DNA from: a virus
Lineage: Duplodnaviria > Caudoviricetes
Virus record (IMG/VR): IMGVR_UViG_3300020149_000046
Coordinates: 1 to 38,538 of that record
Direction: 5' to 3' (one strand)
DNA: 38,538 nucleotides
Shown here: positions 26,308-35,634 of the stretch, piece after piece
How positions within the stretch are numbered: the stretch's first letter is position 1
How the letters are laid out: each line of letters begins with the position of its first letter
The notes under the pieces: model-generated
What the model saw: the letters and a program-made list of their open reading frames with translations, nothing else
Told to the model about the DNA's origin: nothing
Databases searched by the model: none
Program-made: the position numbers and the translations under genes

Positions 26308-27008
26308 GCCGCCTTGCGCGCGGCCGCGCGCCGCCTGGCCTCGCCCCTAACGGCCAGGGCTTCGTCCTGCGGCCGATGGTAGAGCTGCGCCATGCCCGGC
26401 CGGATATGCAAAATGGATGACCGCGCAGGTGCCGACGCCCGACAGTCCCAGACAAACCAGGCATAGGCCGTGGCCGAGCTGGCTTCCGGGTCCCAGCAGC
26501 CTTCGATCATCGGCACCCGCTCGGCGAAGGGACAGACCAATGCCGGCTTGCGCGTGCCGGAAAAAATCGTCTGATAGCGCTCGCCACCCTCCAGCCATTG
26601 CAGCCGCAGCAGCATGGAAACGCCGTCGCGCGCGATGGTGAGGGCCCGGTCCACGAACCGATCGGCCAGGGCAAAGGGCGGATTGGCGATGACCCAGTCC
26701 GGCCGTCCGATCACCTCGGCGCTGGCCATGGTAAAGTCCAGGTCGCGTCGCTCGCCATAGCCCCAGTCATGCACATCACTGGCGCGCACGCTGGCGAAAT
26801 ATTCCGCCAGCGGGATGGCCATATGGCCCTGGCCGCAGCACGGATCATAGGCGCTGGACGTGCCGGCATGGCCACCGCTCACCAGCCCTTCGGGCACCAA
26901 TACCTCTTCCACCAGCGCGCGGGTTGCCCATGGCGGCGTCGGGTAGAGGTCGAGAGCGCTTGCCGGGTCGCGTCGGCGGGCCATGACGGCAGTGCTGAGA
27001 TCGCTCAC
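26304..27008 (-). CDS. Orphan amino (N6-A/N4-C) DNA methyltransferase
   Basis: 'DLYPTPPWATRAL', motif I 'YDPCCGQGHM', motif IV 'IANPPF'. Confidence 0.85.
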   Translation of the reverse strand: MSDLSTAVMARRRDPASALDLYPTPPWATRALVEEVLVPEGLVSGGHAGTSSAYDPCCGQGHMAIPLAEYFASVRASDVHDWGYGERRDLDFTMASAEVIGRPDWVIANPPFALADRFVDRALTIARDGVSMLLRLQWLEGGERYQTIFSGTRKPALVCPFAERVPMIEGCWDPEASSATAYAWFVWDCRASAPARSSILHIRPGMAQLYHRPQDEALAVRGEARRRAAARKAA

Positions 27009-27580
27009 TTGCCGCCTCCCAACTGCTGCCGGATCAGCCGGCCCATGCGGGAGATTTCGGCGGTGACGCTCGGCAATTGCGTCAGGGGCGCGCCGGACCA
27101 GCCGAGCCGCCGCCGCTGCGCTGCCATCACCGCATATTGGCGTGCGCCCGGCGTATCGGCCTTGCCGCTGGGCCAGGCCACGCCGCCATCACGCGCCAGC
27201 CAGGCCTTGAGCCCGTCAACCACCGCGCTGCCATGCGCCGGGTTGTGCACCCAATTGGCGTGGTCGATATGCGTCTGTCGCTTGATCCAGGTCACAAGTG
27301 CCCGGTCGCTGCGGTTGCGCACCACGCCCAGGTGATAGCCCGAAATCCACAACGCCCGCGCGATCGCCACATAGGGTCCGTCCAGATCGAGCGCGCCATT
27401 GCCGTCGGCAAGCCCCTGCAAATGCTGGATCACTCTGCCGGCCTGCTCCACGCGCAGCCCCTTGGCACTGCGCTGGCCGGCCTGCTGCTGGAGCATGTCG
27501 CGGTAAGCATCGTCATCCAGTCCCACCTGGGCCTTGAGCGCATGGATGGCGCCGATCTGCGCCTTGCTGGCCAGCATCAC
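27005..27580 (-). CDS. gemA: GemA / Mu gp16 (DUF1018) protein
   Basis: 'IHALKAQVGLDDDAYRDML...GQRSAKGL', 'ARALWISG..LGVV', 'VVDGLKAW'. Confidence 0.9.
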   Translation of the reverse strand: MMLASKAQIGAIHALKAQVGLDDDAYRDMLQQQAGQRSAKGLRVEQAGRVIQHLQGLADGNGALDLDGPYVAIARALWISGYHLGVVRNRSDRALVTWIKRQTHIDHANWVHNPAHGSAVVDGLKAWLARDGGVAWPSGKADTPGARQYAVMAAQRRRLGWSGAPLTQLPSVTAEISRMGRLIRQQLGGGK

Positions 27581-27864
27581 ATTTCTCCCATGTCATCGAG
27601 CAGCGCTGTCGCGGCCTTGCGCGCGCGCAGCCAATTGGCATAAGCCCAGTCCTTTTCGGCTCTGGACTGGTCGATCCGGTACAGTGCGCGCCAGACGACC
27701 CGGATTTGCTGGGCCAGCCAGGCCGGCCCGAAGGCTTCCACCGCCTCAACGACCGTGCATTCCCTGATGGCCAGGCCTCGTGCCACCTCGGCAACGGAAA
27801 GGCCTTCGCCCAGCCCCCACAGCATCGGCTCGGCCAGCGCGCGTGTCATTTGGCGTCGCTTCAT
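27577..27864 (-). CDS. Hypothetical HTH-like protein
   Basis: 'GLSVAEVARGLAIRECTV'; coupled overlaps. Confidence 0.6.
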   Translation of the reverse strand: MKRRQMTRALAEPMLWGLGEGLSVAEVARGLAIRECTVVEAVEAFGPAWLAQQIRVVWRALYRIDQSRAEKDWAYANWLRARKAATALLDDMGEM

Positions 27865-28184
27865 GGTCCGGCTCCGCCAGCCATGAAGTCGGTCCAGAAG
27901 CGCAACTGCGCGGCCACCATGGCGGGCAGTCGGCCATCGGCTTCCCGCCGCGCCAGCAGCGCGGCCAGCCGCACATGCAGATAATTCGCACCAGCAGAAA
28001 AGCCGGCCTGCTCACAGGCGCGAACCAGCAGCCCGCCATGGGTCACCACCAGGCCGTCCGGCAGCCGCACCAACATGGCAGCACGGTCCCGGTTGTTTTC
28101 CGCATTGAGGATATGCGCTGCCGGCGGAAACATGTGTTCCTGGCCCTGCCTGACGCCGCGGATCGTCGGCAATGGATGGTTCAT
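27861..28184 (-). CDS. Hypothetical protein (107 aa)
   Basis: ATGA coupling on both sides. Confidence 0.65.
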   Translation of the reverse strand: MNHPLPTIRGVRQGQEHMFPPAAHILNAENNRDRAAMLVRLPDGLVVTHGGLLVRACEQAGFSAGANYLHVRLAALLARREADGRLPAMVAAQLRFWTDFMAGGAGP

Positions 28185-29974
28185 GCCGGACCTCCCGCCT
28201 GCCGGCGGAAGCGCAGCCCCATCCGCCGTGCTTCCGCCGCGACGGACGGATATGGCCGGCCGATCCGCGCGGCGACATCGACCAGCGCCAGGTCCTTTTC
28301 CGCCGCATCGGTCAAGAGCTGCCGCTCCTGCGGGGTCCAGGCGCGCCGCTGGCGGAAACCGAGCAAGCTGGCCTTGGTGGCGACGGCCGGGCGGGGACGC
28401 CCCAGTTCGGCAGCGATCTGCGCCACCGGCACATGCTGCTTGTAGCGCTCCTCGAGGATGGCGATCTCGGCCGGCGTCCAGGACTCGGCGGCCCTGTTGA
28501 CCCCATTTTTCTGCGCGAACTTGTAGATCGCCGTAATCCCGCGCTCGAAGCCTGCCGCTTTCAGGTCCTGCAGAATGGCCGCATAGGTCTTGCCCGCCTC
28601 GAGTCCGGCCAGGGCAATGGCCTTTTCCGGGTCTGACCAGTATTTTACCCGATCGCGCGTGAGCCCCAGGGCAATGGCCCGCATCTGGATGGCAACGCGG
28701 CCGCGCTGATAGCCGGCATCGGCCAGCAATTGCACGATATCGAATATCCGCACCTCGCGTTTATAGGCATCGGCGACGATCTGGTCTTCGTCATCGCTCC
28801 ATTGCTGGGCGGCGCGCGCGCTGGCAAAACCCAGGCTCTGCGCCCGCGAGGAAATATTGCCCAGCGAACGATGCCGATAGCCGGCCCTGGCCAGGTCCTC
28901 GGCAATCTGGCGTACGGTGCGTCCGCGCTGATAGCCCGCCGCGATGATCCGGTCTTCTTCGGCCAGGAAGCCGCGCCGGCCTGCATTTGGTACGGGCGCA
29001 GGCACCGCATCGGGCAGAGCGGAGAGGAGTCCGGCCACGCCCGCCGCACCCAGATCGGCGGGCGGCACGATGTCCGGCGCCCGGCCGCGATGCGCGCTTC
29101 TGACCGGGCCGCCGCGGAAACGCACGCGCCGCGGGCCGGCGATCGCTGGCCCGATGGCCAGGAATTCGCCATCCGCCAGCGTGCGCAGCGCCGCCGCGCG
29201 GGCGGCCGTAAACCCCAGAAGGCCGCCAGCGCGCTCCAGATCGCGGTCGAACATCGTCCGGCCGACAATGACATTGGTGGCCTTGGCGATGAGCGACTTG
29301 CTGGTTTCCGCGATGCGCTGGGTGGCGATGACCGCGCACAAGCCCCGTTTGCGCCCCCTGCCCATCAGTTCGGCCAGGGCAACGATGGCCCCTTTGCGCG
29401 CCGCCGGGGTGGCATCGCCATTGTCGTAATACGGCGCCAGGGCCTGGACTTCATCGATCAGCACCAGCATGGGCTGCCAATGAGCCGCCGGCACCTCGAC
29501 AAGGGCAGTTGCCAGGCGCGCCACCAGCCCCAATCGTGCATCGGCCGATGCGTCGGAAAGGTCGAGGACCGCCGAATAGCGGTGCTGGCGGATATGCTGC
29601 GCCAGCGCCTCGGGGCCCACCCGTTCGGCCTCCGCCGCACTGATGATTGCAAGATCGCAAACCTCGGCCAGGGTGACGAATTCGCCCTCGCCATCGATGA
29701 GCAATTGCTGGATATGACCGAAGGCCTGCTCGAACAGCCGCCGCAGCAACATGGACTTGCCGGCGCCGGAATTGCCCTGGATCAGCAGGCGGCCGGCAAT
29801 GAGCCGGGGCAGGTCCAGCACCAGCGGCTGGCCATTGTCGATCTGCATGCCCAGGGTGAGGGCGCCGGGTGCCGGCGCCTCTTCGCTGTAATCCGCACTC
29901 TGCGCCTGCCGCTCGGCGATCGTGGCGGGATGGCGGGCGATAAGATCGTTCAATTGCTGTCGATTGAGAGCCAT
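28181..29974 (-). CDS. HerA/FtsK-superfamily ATPase fused to five Myb/GcrA-like HTH repeats
   Basis: Walker A 'GNSGAGKS', 'LIDGEGEF', Walker B 'LVLIDEVQ', 'GRGRKRG', 'IATQR'; C-terminal W(S/T)xxE repeats. Confidence 0.85.
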   Translation of the reverse strand: MALNRQQLNDLIARHPATIAERQAQSADYSEEAPAPGALTLGMQIDNGQPLVLDLPRLIAGRLLIQGNSGAGKSMLLRRLFEQAFGHIQQLLIDGEGEFVTLAEVCDLAIISAAEAERVGPEALAQHIRQHRYSAVLDLSDASADARLGLVARLATALVEVPAAHWQPMLVLIDEVQALAPYYDNGDATPAARKGAIVALAELMGRGRKRGLCAVIATQRIAETSKSLIAKATNVIVGRTMFDRDLERAGGLLGFTAARAAALRTLADGEFLAIGPAIAGPRRVRFRGGPVRSAHRGRAPDIVPPADLGAAGVAGLLSALPDAVPAPVPNAGRRGFLAEEDRIIAAGYQRGRTVRQIAEDLARAGYRHRSLGNISSRAQSLGFASARAAQQWSDDEDQIVADAYKREVRIFDIVQLLADAGYQRGRVAIQMRAIALGLTRDRVKYWSDPEKAIALAGLEAGKTYAAILQDLKAAGFERGITAIYKFAQKNGVNRAAESWTPAEIAILEERYKQHVPVAQIAAELGRPRPAVATKASLLGFRQRRAWTPQERQLLTDAAEKDLALVDVAARIGRPYPSVAAEARRMGLRFRRQAGGPA

Positions 29975-29992
29975 GACGCTGGTCCTTCCGGT

Positions 29993-30256
29993 TCAGCTAG
30001 CCGTGTCGTCGAGCGCGGCAATGGCCTGCGCCGCCGTCCGCCGTCCCAACTCGGCGGCGGCCAGTTCCCGGCGCTCGTTCGCCTGTTCGCTTTGCAGGCG
30101 CTGGATTTCGGCCTCCCGCGCCTGGATGCGCTCCACGAGTTCGTTACTGGCGGCGATGCAACGATCCAGCTCGCAGACAAACCCGGATCGCACCAGCGCG
30201 ATATGGTCGGCCGGACCGGTGACCCGTGCGGCGCTGCTGGAAGATGTACTGTCCAT
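29993..30256 (-). CDS. Hypothetical coiled-coil protein
   Basis: GGAG SD before MDSTSSSS; heptad-like sequence. Confidence 0.6.
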   Translation of the reverse strand: MDSTSSSSAARVTGPADHIALVRSGFVCELDRCIAASNELVERIQAREAEIQRLQSEQANERRELAAAELGRRTAAQAIAALDDTAS

Positions 30257-30272
30257 GTGTGACTCCATTTTT

Positions 30273-30734
30273 CTAGGATTGGTCGCGGTCAGGCCCCGCA
30301 TGGCCTTCCACCGCCGTCATCGCCGGCAGGTCTTCCGACCGGACGGCAAGCGGCCGCTCGGCGAGCGCGTCGGGACGTCCGCGCAGGGCGTGGAGCTTGT
30401 CGATGTCGTAATGCGGGTCGAATACAGCCCGGCCGCGATAGGTGAAGACCTCGCGGGCCTCGTGCTCGATGGCGGTAATGACCGCCAGGAAGGCCGTCTG
30501 CACGATCTCGCCGCGCCTCATGTGGCGCGAAAGCAGCCATTTCCGACTCTTCCAGGTCAGCGCCGCGCCGCTCACATTGTCCCGGCCATAACAGATGATC
30601 TGCAAGGCCACGATGTCGTCGCCGCCCAGGGTCGGCGGCGGCTTGACGCCGATCCGGACCAGCCTGAAGTCGAAACCCGGATAGACCAGATCGTCCAGGA
30701 TGGCGCGGATCTCGTCGTCGGAAAGAAAATCCAT
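30273..30734 (-). CDS. Hypothetical phage protein (153 aa)
   Basis: 'RKWLLSRHM..GEIVQTAFLAV..AIEHEAREVFTYRG..VFDPH'; SD upstream. Confidence 0.75.
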   Translation of the reverse strand: MDFLSDDEIRAILDDLVYPGFDFRLVRIGVKPPPTLGGDDIVALQIICYGRDNVSGAALTWKSRKWLLSRHMRRGEIVQTAFLAVITAIEHEAREVFTYRGRAVFDPHYDIDKLHALRGRPDALAERPLAVRSEDLPAMTAVEGHAGPDRDQS

Positions 30735-30871
30735 CAGGACAGCCCTCCCAGGGCAGCAAGGGCGCGCCGGGCGATCTCGACCAGGGCAGTGCCGCCACCG
30801 ATCAGTGCGGCCCAGCTCACCAGCGTCGCCATGACGACGATCCAGCTTCGAGGCAGGTCGCGGCGGCTCAC
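30734..30871 (-). CDS. Small membrane protein (45 aa), not in ORF track
   Basis: MSRRDLPRSWIVVMATLVSWAALIGGGTALVEIARRALAALGGLS; GTGA and TGATG coupling. Confidence 0.7.
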   Translation of the reverse strand: MSRRDLPRSWIVVMATLVSWAALIGGGTALVEIARRALAALGGLS

Positions 30872-31395
30872 GTTGCGCTCTCCCCGGTCAGCTCGGCCTC
30901 GAACGGCTCGACGCTGAATTCCTCGCCGGCCGAGCCGATGGCGACACCGGCAATGGTGCGTGCCGTCGCCGGCTCTTTCAGCATCGCCTCCTTGTCCACC
31001 TCGACCTTGGTGCGCAAAAACCGCTTGAAGCCGAGCGCCTGGATGCGCTCGACCACGGCATCCACCCTGGTCAGCCGCACCGAGGGCGGCAGGCTGCGCC
31101 AGCGCAACACGCCGGTCCCCAGATCCACGGTCTTGCTCTTGTCGCCGCCGGTGAGCCGTGTGCGGTTGGCATCGGCCCAGATGCGCACGCCTTCGGTCTT
31201 TTCGCTGATGGCCTCGCTGAGCGGGGCCACCTTGGCCTCATACTCTTCCTTGATCGCGGCCAGCCGGTCATTCATGTCGGCTTCCAGCCGCGCTTTCTGC
31301 CGCTGCAAGGTGCCGATGGCGGTCACCAGCGCCGCCGCCTCGTCCCGGTCCTGCGGCACCGGCAGATTGGCCGCCCGCGTCTTAGCTTTCGCCAT
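30868..31395 (-). CDS. gam: Host-nuclease inhibitor Gam (Mu Gam family)
   Basis: 'VPQDRDEAA', 'WADANR..LT...KSKTVDLGTGVLRWR..PPSV', 'EVDKEAML', 'EEFSVEP'. Confidence 0.93.
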   Translation of the reverse strand: MAKAKTRAANLPVPQDRDEAAALVTAIGTLQRQKARLEADMNDRLAAIKEEYEAKVAPLSEAISEKTEGVRIWADANRTRLTGGDKSKTVDLGTGVLRWRSLPPSVRLTRVDAVVERIQALGFKRFLRTKVEVDKEAMLKEPATARTIAGVAIGSAGEEFSVEPFEAELTGESAT

Positions 31396-31624
31396 GGGGA
31401 AACTCCTGTTCAAAATGGTTCGAGAGGTCTTCGAGAGCCTGGCCGAGGTGATCCGCGTCGAGCGTGGCGCGGATGATGATGCCCAGCCGCTCGATCTGCT
31501 GATCGAGCCCGATCAGGCAGCTGGCCATGGCCAATTCCTCATGCGTCGAGACGCGATAGGTCTTGGGATTGTCCAGCACCCGCCGGGCCACAACCAGCGC
31601 GTCGATATCGTCGGGGATGTTCAC
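31382..31624 (-). CDS. Hypothetical protein (80 aa)
   Basis: GTG start overlapping upstream TGA (VNIPDDIDALVVARRVL...). Confidence 0.6.
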   Translation of the reverse strand: MNIPDDIDALVVARRVLDNPKTYRVSTHEELAMASCLIGLDQQIERLGIIIRATLDADHLGQALEDLSNHFEQEFPHGES

Positions 31625-31884
31625 TGCTGCCCCCCTTTGAAATGCGGCAGCATCAGCACGCCACTTTGCTGCGCGATGCGCTTGGCCTGGGCCTGTCGGG
31701 CGGGCGGCTTTTCCGGCGCCGGCTCCTGCTCGGCCACCTCGCGCTGGATCGAGGCGAGCAGATAGCCCAACGCGTGATGATCGGTGACCTCGATTTCCAC
31801 CCGCACGACGGTGCGCGTGCCGGTCGTCGCGGCACTGTATTTCCTGACGCGCGCCTCGCCGCGCTCCCACCAGATGCCGCTCAC
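31621..31884 (-). CDS. Hypothetical protein (87 aa)
   Basis: GTG start overlapping upstream TGA (VSGIWWERGEARVRKYSA...). Confidence 0.65.
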   Translation of the reverse strand: MSGIWWERGEARVRKYSAATTGTRTVVRVEIEVTDHHALGYLLASIQREVAEQEPAPEKPPARQAQAKRIAQQSGVLMLPHFKGGQQ

Positions 31885-32408
31885 AGGACCGGCCTCATGT
31901 CTATAATCGCGCCATAGGACGAGAAAACACGGTCGAATTTGTCGCCCGTTACCGCGAGCCAGCGCATCTTTTCGGGCTGCCGACCCTGTCCGACGGCAAC
32001 GGCCATGGCCATCACGCAAGCCTGCTCGACCAGCCAATCCACGACGACGGTGCTGGCCTGGTCAGCTGGGAGGCCAAGGTCGCCCAGCCGCTCGGCAATG
32101 TCATATGCGCCCACGCGCAGTTCGATGCGCATACCATCGGCATCCGGCCGCACTGTCTCGGGGAGAGAAAAGTCGGGAGGAATCGCTTTTGCAGAAACGA
32201 CGACGAAGTCAGTTTCCAGCTCAGCGCGCGTGGGGCGGATCGCAGCGCCGGTCGCTTCGCAGACCAGATCGTGCAGGTCGCCGTCGATGCGCACAATGCG
32301 CCAGATGCTGGCAACGGGCGTATAGCGCTCACGGCCTTCGTCGTCGTCCATTTCAACCCGACGATTGAACAGGATCATGCCAACGGCATAGGGCTGCGTT
32401 TTCCTCAT
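31881..32408 (-). CDS. Hypothetical protein (175 aa)
   Basis: Coupled ORF with GGAGG SD. Confidence 0.65.
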   Translation of the reverse strand: MRKTQPYAVGMILFNRRVEMDDDEGRERYTPVASIWRIVRIDGDLHDLVCEATGAAIRPTRAELETDFVVVSAKAIPPDFSLPETVRPDADGMRIELRVGAYDIAERLGDLGLPADQASTVVVDWLVEQACVMAMAVAVGQGRQPEKMRWLAVTGDKFDRVFSSYGAIIDMRPVL

Positions 32409-32701
32409 GGCCGGCCTCCACGCGCGGGCATCAGCCCGTCATCATTGGCCGCCGCCATGTCGATCATCAGCGCCGGCGCCAGAACGCCGAGCAGCGCCAG
32501 CTGCGCATCCAGCACCACGATGCGCCCCGCATCGATATGGGCCTGAACGGCCATCACATGGGCCTGGTGCTCGCAATCGGTCAGCAGGTCGGCAAAACGC
32601 CGTGCCTGCGGCCCGCTGAGGTCGAATTCACCCGCCTGGGCGCGGCGGAACCATTCGCGCACCACGGTCAGCTTGTTGTCGAGGCTCATGCCGTCCAGCA
32701 T
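32405..32701 (-). CDS. Hypothetical protein (98 aa)
   Basis: Coupled to MuB stop. Confidence 0.65.
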   Translation of the reverse strand: MLDGMSLDNKLTVVREWFRRAQAGEFDLSGPQARRFADLLTDCEHQAHVMAVQAHIDAGRIVVLDAQLALLGVLAPALMIDMAAANDDGLMPARGGRP

Positions 32702-33708
32702 CAGTGATCCTCCAGCCCACGGTTGCGGATGGCGGCCTTGACGTCGTCAATGCTGATGTCGCGCTGCTCGCCGGCCGCATAGATGCCGGCCAGCTGCAAT
32801 GTCTTGGTCATCTGCCGCAGCGCGCCCGGCTTGCGGGCAATGGCAGTGGCCAGCCGGCGAAGTGCCGGATCGTCGAGCTGCCAGGCATCGAGCAGCATGG
32901 AAATGTCATCGTCGCTCGGCTGCAGCTGCTGCAGGCGCATCCCGGTTCGGCCATGCAGCTGCGCATAGGCCGGTTTTGGCTTGGAGCCACCGAACCGCGA
33001 ATAGAGTTCTTCATTGCCCAAAAGGGCGATGCCCACCCCATAGAGGTCGAGATAGGAGCGCAGCTGGTTCACGGCCTGGTCGGTCAGCTCCTGCGCTTCA
33101 TCCACGATCAGCAGCGTGTTGCGGCCATTGCGCTTCAGCTTCTCCCCGATCGCGCGGTCCAGCTTGGCCGGGTCGCGTTCGCGGATGTCGAACACCTCGC
33201 ACAGCTCGCGCAGCATATTGTTGGTGCTGGCCGTGGTCGGCCGCATCGTCACCAGAAACACATGCGGCCGGTTATCCGCATAGTGTTTCGCCGTGATGGT
33301 CTTGGTCAGCCCGGCGCCCAGATTGACGATGACCATTTCCGGCATCATCTGGGCATAGAGCAGCGTGTCGATCATCTTGCGCGACGTCGGTAGCTCGACG
33401 AAGCCCGGCGCCGCCGGCACGCGCGCGGCCGCCACGCTCAGCTCTTCCACACTGTCCAGCCACTTGCGCAGCCGCTCGGCCGTCGTGTCATAGCGGCCTT
33501 TCGTCGTGCCATCGAGCCAGGGATAGAGCGTGCCGGCGGAAACGCCGCTGCGCTTGGCAATCTCGCCCCGGCTCCAGCCGAAGCGGCGCGCAAGCTCCAC
33601 AACGCGGCCGCGCACCAGCGTCCAGGTCTCAGCATGTTCGGCGGGCAGATTCTCCGGCTCGGCCGGTGGCGCCATCCAGTCTTCGGCGGTGGTCTCAATC
33701 TGGCTCAT
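32701..33708 (-). CDS. MuB-like transposition AAA+ ATPase
   Basis: N-terminal HTH; variant Walker A 'NLGAGLTKT'; Walker B 'LLIVDEAQ'; 'GIALLGN'; 'PGALR'; follows transposase. Confidence 0.93.
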   Translation of the reverse strand: MSQIETTAEDWMAPPAEPENLPAEHAETWTLVRGRVVELARRFGWSRGEIAKRSGVSAGTLYPWLDGTTKGRYDTTAERLRKWLDSVEELSVAAARVPAAPGFVELPTSRKMIDTLLYAQMMPEMVIVNLGAGLTKTITAKHYADNRPHVFLVTMRPTTASTNNMLRELCEVFDIRERDPAKLDRAIGEKLKRNGRNTLLIVDEAQELTDQAVNQLRSYLDLYGVGIALLGNEELYSRFGGSKPKPAYAQLHGRTGMRLQQLQPSDDDISMLLDAWQLDDPALRRLATAIARKPGALRQMTKTLQLAGIYAAGEQRDISIDDVKAAIRNRGLEDH

Positions 33709-33750
33709 GCACTTAACTCCATCGTGTTGAGCGGGGTTGACGTTTGGGGA

Positions 33751-35634
33751 TCACTCCCCGGCAAGGCTCCTCACCGCGCGGCCAAAACTGGCCTCGGCGC
33801 GTTGCTGTGGATCGGTATCTGTCCGTGTTTGGGTTGTTTGCTTGCCCACCAGCCGCAGGGCCGGCGCGGCCGGGCGCGGGTCGGGCGTGCCGCGCGGCAA
33901 CAATTCGGCCACCGCCGCAATGCCCAGGCGCTTTTCCAGGGCCAGCATGTCGCGCTTTGCCTTGAGCCAGCCGCGTTTCTTGCGCGCATCCTCCTGGGCG
34001 GCAGCGCTGTCGGCAAAGCCAGATGCCTCGATACAGGGCGCCTCGCAGATCAGCCGCCCGTCGCGGCTATAGATGGTCACGGGCGCATGCAGATCGTCCG
34101 GGTCGAAGCGCACCACCAGCTGGCGGCCCATATGCTCGGCCAGCGCCTCGTCCCAATAGCGGTTGCGGCCCAGCTGGATTTCTCCGGTCGGCTTGCGCGC
34201 CGTGACGCCCTCGGCCGCCAGCAGCAGCATGCGGCGTTGCGCCGGCGTCGCCAGGGCCGTCAGCCCGTCGCGCTGATAACTATCGGCAAAGGTCTGTGCG
34301 AAGCTGCGACCATTGCAAGTGCCGCCGCGCCGGCCTGGCCTTGCGTTGTGGCGCACGATTTCCCGATGCACCAGCGCCTTGAACTGCTCGAAGGGAATGG
34401 CCCGAGACCCGTAATTTTCGGGCTTGGCGTTGATATTATTGCCGGTATAGGCGCCCGCGCATTCGGGGTGCTTGGCAATTTCCTCGCACAGGTCGCGCCA
34501 GGCCCGTTCGATGGGTTTTGCCTGCCCGTGATAGGGTGTCGTCCAATGGACCGTCATGCCCAGCTGGGTCAGGATGCCACTGGGCTCGTCGTCGCGTATC
34601 GTGAAACGATAACGGGTCTTCATCCCGCCCGTCAGCCACTTGCTGGCAAAGGCGCGGCCATTGTCGAGCCAGGCATGTTGCGGGATGCCGAACCGCACCA
34701 CGACATCGGCAAAAGCCAGGCGCACCGAGGTCCAGTTTTCTGTTTCGGCCACGCGCCAACCCAGCACCATGCCGCTGGCCAGGTCCTGCACCCCCACCAT
34801 GACCGGCCGTCCGATCGAGCCGTCGGGAAAGCGGCAGAACACGTCGAACTGGTGCCCGTCGGCATTGACCGCCTCCATGGCGGCAAAACCCGAGCGGTCG
34901 CGGGTCTGGTGCGGATAGATGCGCGCCAGCGCGTCGCGGCCCTGGCGCGCCAGGGTCATCACGGGCTTCGGCAGCTTTTCGAGGCGCCTTTGCAACGTCT
35001 TCGACGACGGAATGGGTCCCCAGCCATGTTCGGCGGCGGCTTCCATCATCCGGCGATGACAGGCTGAAAAACTCGGCCGCTCCGGCCGCAGATAATCGGC
35101 GGTGATGAAGTCCCAGGCGCGTGGATCGCAATCGGCCGTCGTGCTGCGGCCGCGATGGCGTGGCGCCAGCGCTGCCAGCCAATGCGGGCGGGGCGCGGCA
35201 TCCACCAGCTTGCACCAACCCCACAATGTAGAGGTGGAGACGCCGGACCGCCGCGCTACCAGCGCCACCGCCTCGCCCGCCTTCATGCCACCGCCCTTGA
35301 GCGTGGCGACCTGGTCCATGATGCCCAGACGCCGCCGCGCCTCAGCCTTGGTTTTTTCCGGCAACGCCTCGAATTCCGCCCAGGCCGCGTTCTGGCTTTC
35401 TGGATTTCCGGCTTTCTGGCTCAGCGCGACCGCCTCGGAAGCGCGCGCCGCCAGTTCGGCGCGCGCTTCCGAGGGCAGCAGATTGGGGTGATATTCCCAG
35501 CCCCGTTCGCCCTCACGGGCGAAAGGGCTCAACCGCCAGCCCTGGCGGGTGATGAAACGAGACAAGGCCCCCTTGTCTCCCGGCAGACCGGGCAGACCAG
35601 CATCCACGATCTCGGCGGCGGTGAGCCAGTTCAT
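33751..35634 (-). CDS. MuA-like DDE transposase
   Basis: Start MNWLTAAEI..LPGLP; 'NADGHQFDVF', 'LDNGRAFASK', 'AKPIERAWRD'; C-terminal 'VVRFDPDDLH'. Confidence 0.96.
   Translation of the reverse strand: MNWLTAAEIVDAGLPGLPGDKGALSRFITRQGWRLSPFAREGERGWEYHPNLLPSEARAELAARASEAVALSQKAGNPESQNAAWAEFEALPEKTKAEARRRLGIMDQVATLKGGGMKAGEAVALVARRSGVSTSTLWGWCKLVDAAPRPHWLAALAPRHRGRSTTADCDPRAWDFITADYLRPERPSFSACHRRMMEAAAEHGWGPIPSSKTLQRRLEKLPKPVMTLARQGRDALARIYPHQTRDRSGFAAMEAVNADGHQFDVFCRFPDGSIGRPVMVGVQDLASGMVLGWRVAETENWTSVRLAFADVVVRFGIPQHAWLDNGRAFASKWLTGGMKTRYRFTIRDDEPSGILTQLGMTVHWTTPYHGQAKPIERAWRDLCEEIAKHPECAGAYTGNNINAKPENYGSRAIPFEQFKALVHREIVRHNARPGRRGGTCNGRSFAQTFADSYQRDGLTALATPAQRRMLLLAAEGVTARKPTGEIQLGRNRYWDEALAEHMGRQLVVRFDPDDLHAPVTIYSRDGRLICEAPCIEASGFADSAAAQEDARKKRGWLKAKRDMLALEKRLGIAAVAELLPRGTPDPRPAAPALRLVGKQTTQTRTDTDPQQRAEASFGRAVRSLAGE

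Noticed and set aside
15959-33752. GATCCCCAAA (minus strand) just after both the protease stop and the transposase stop
   Set aside because: Only 10 nt in two copies with no shared flanking context; may be chance
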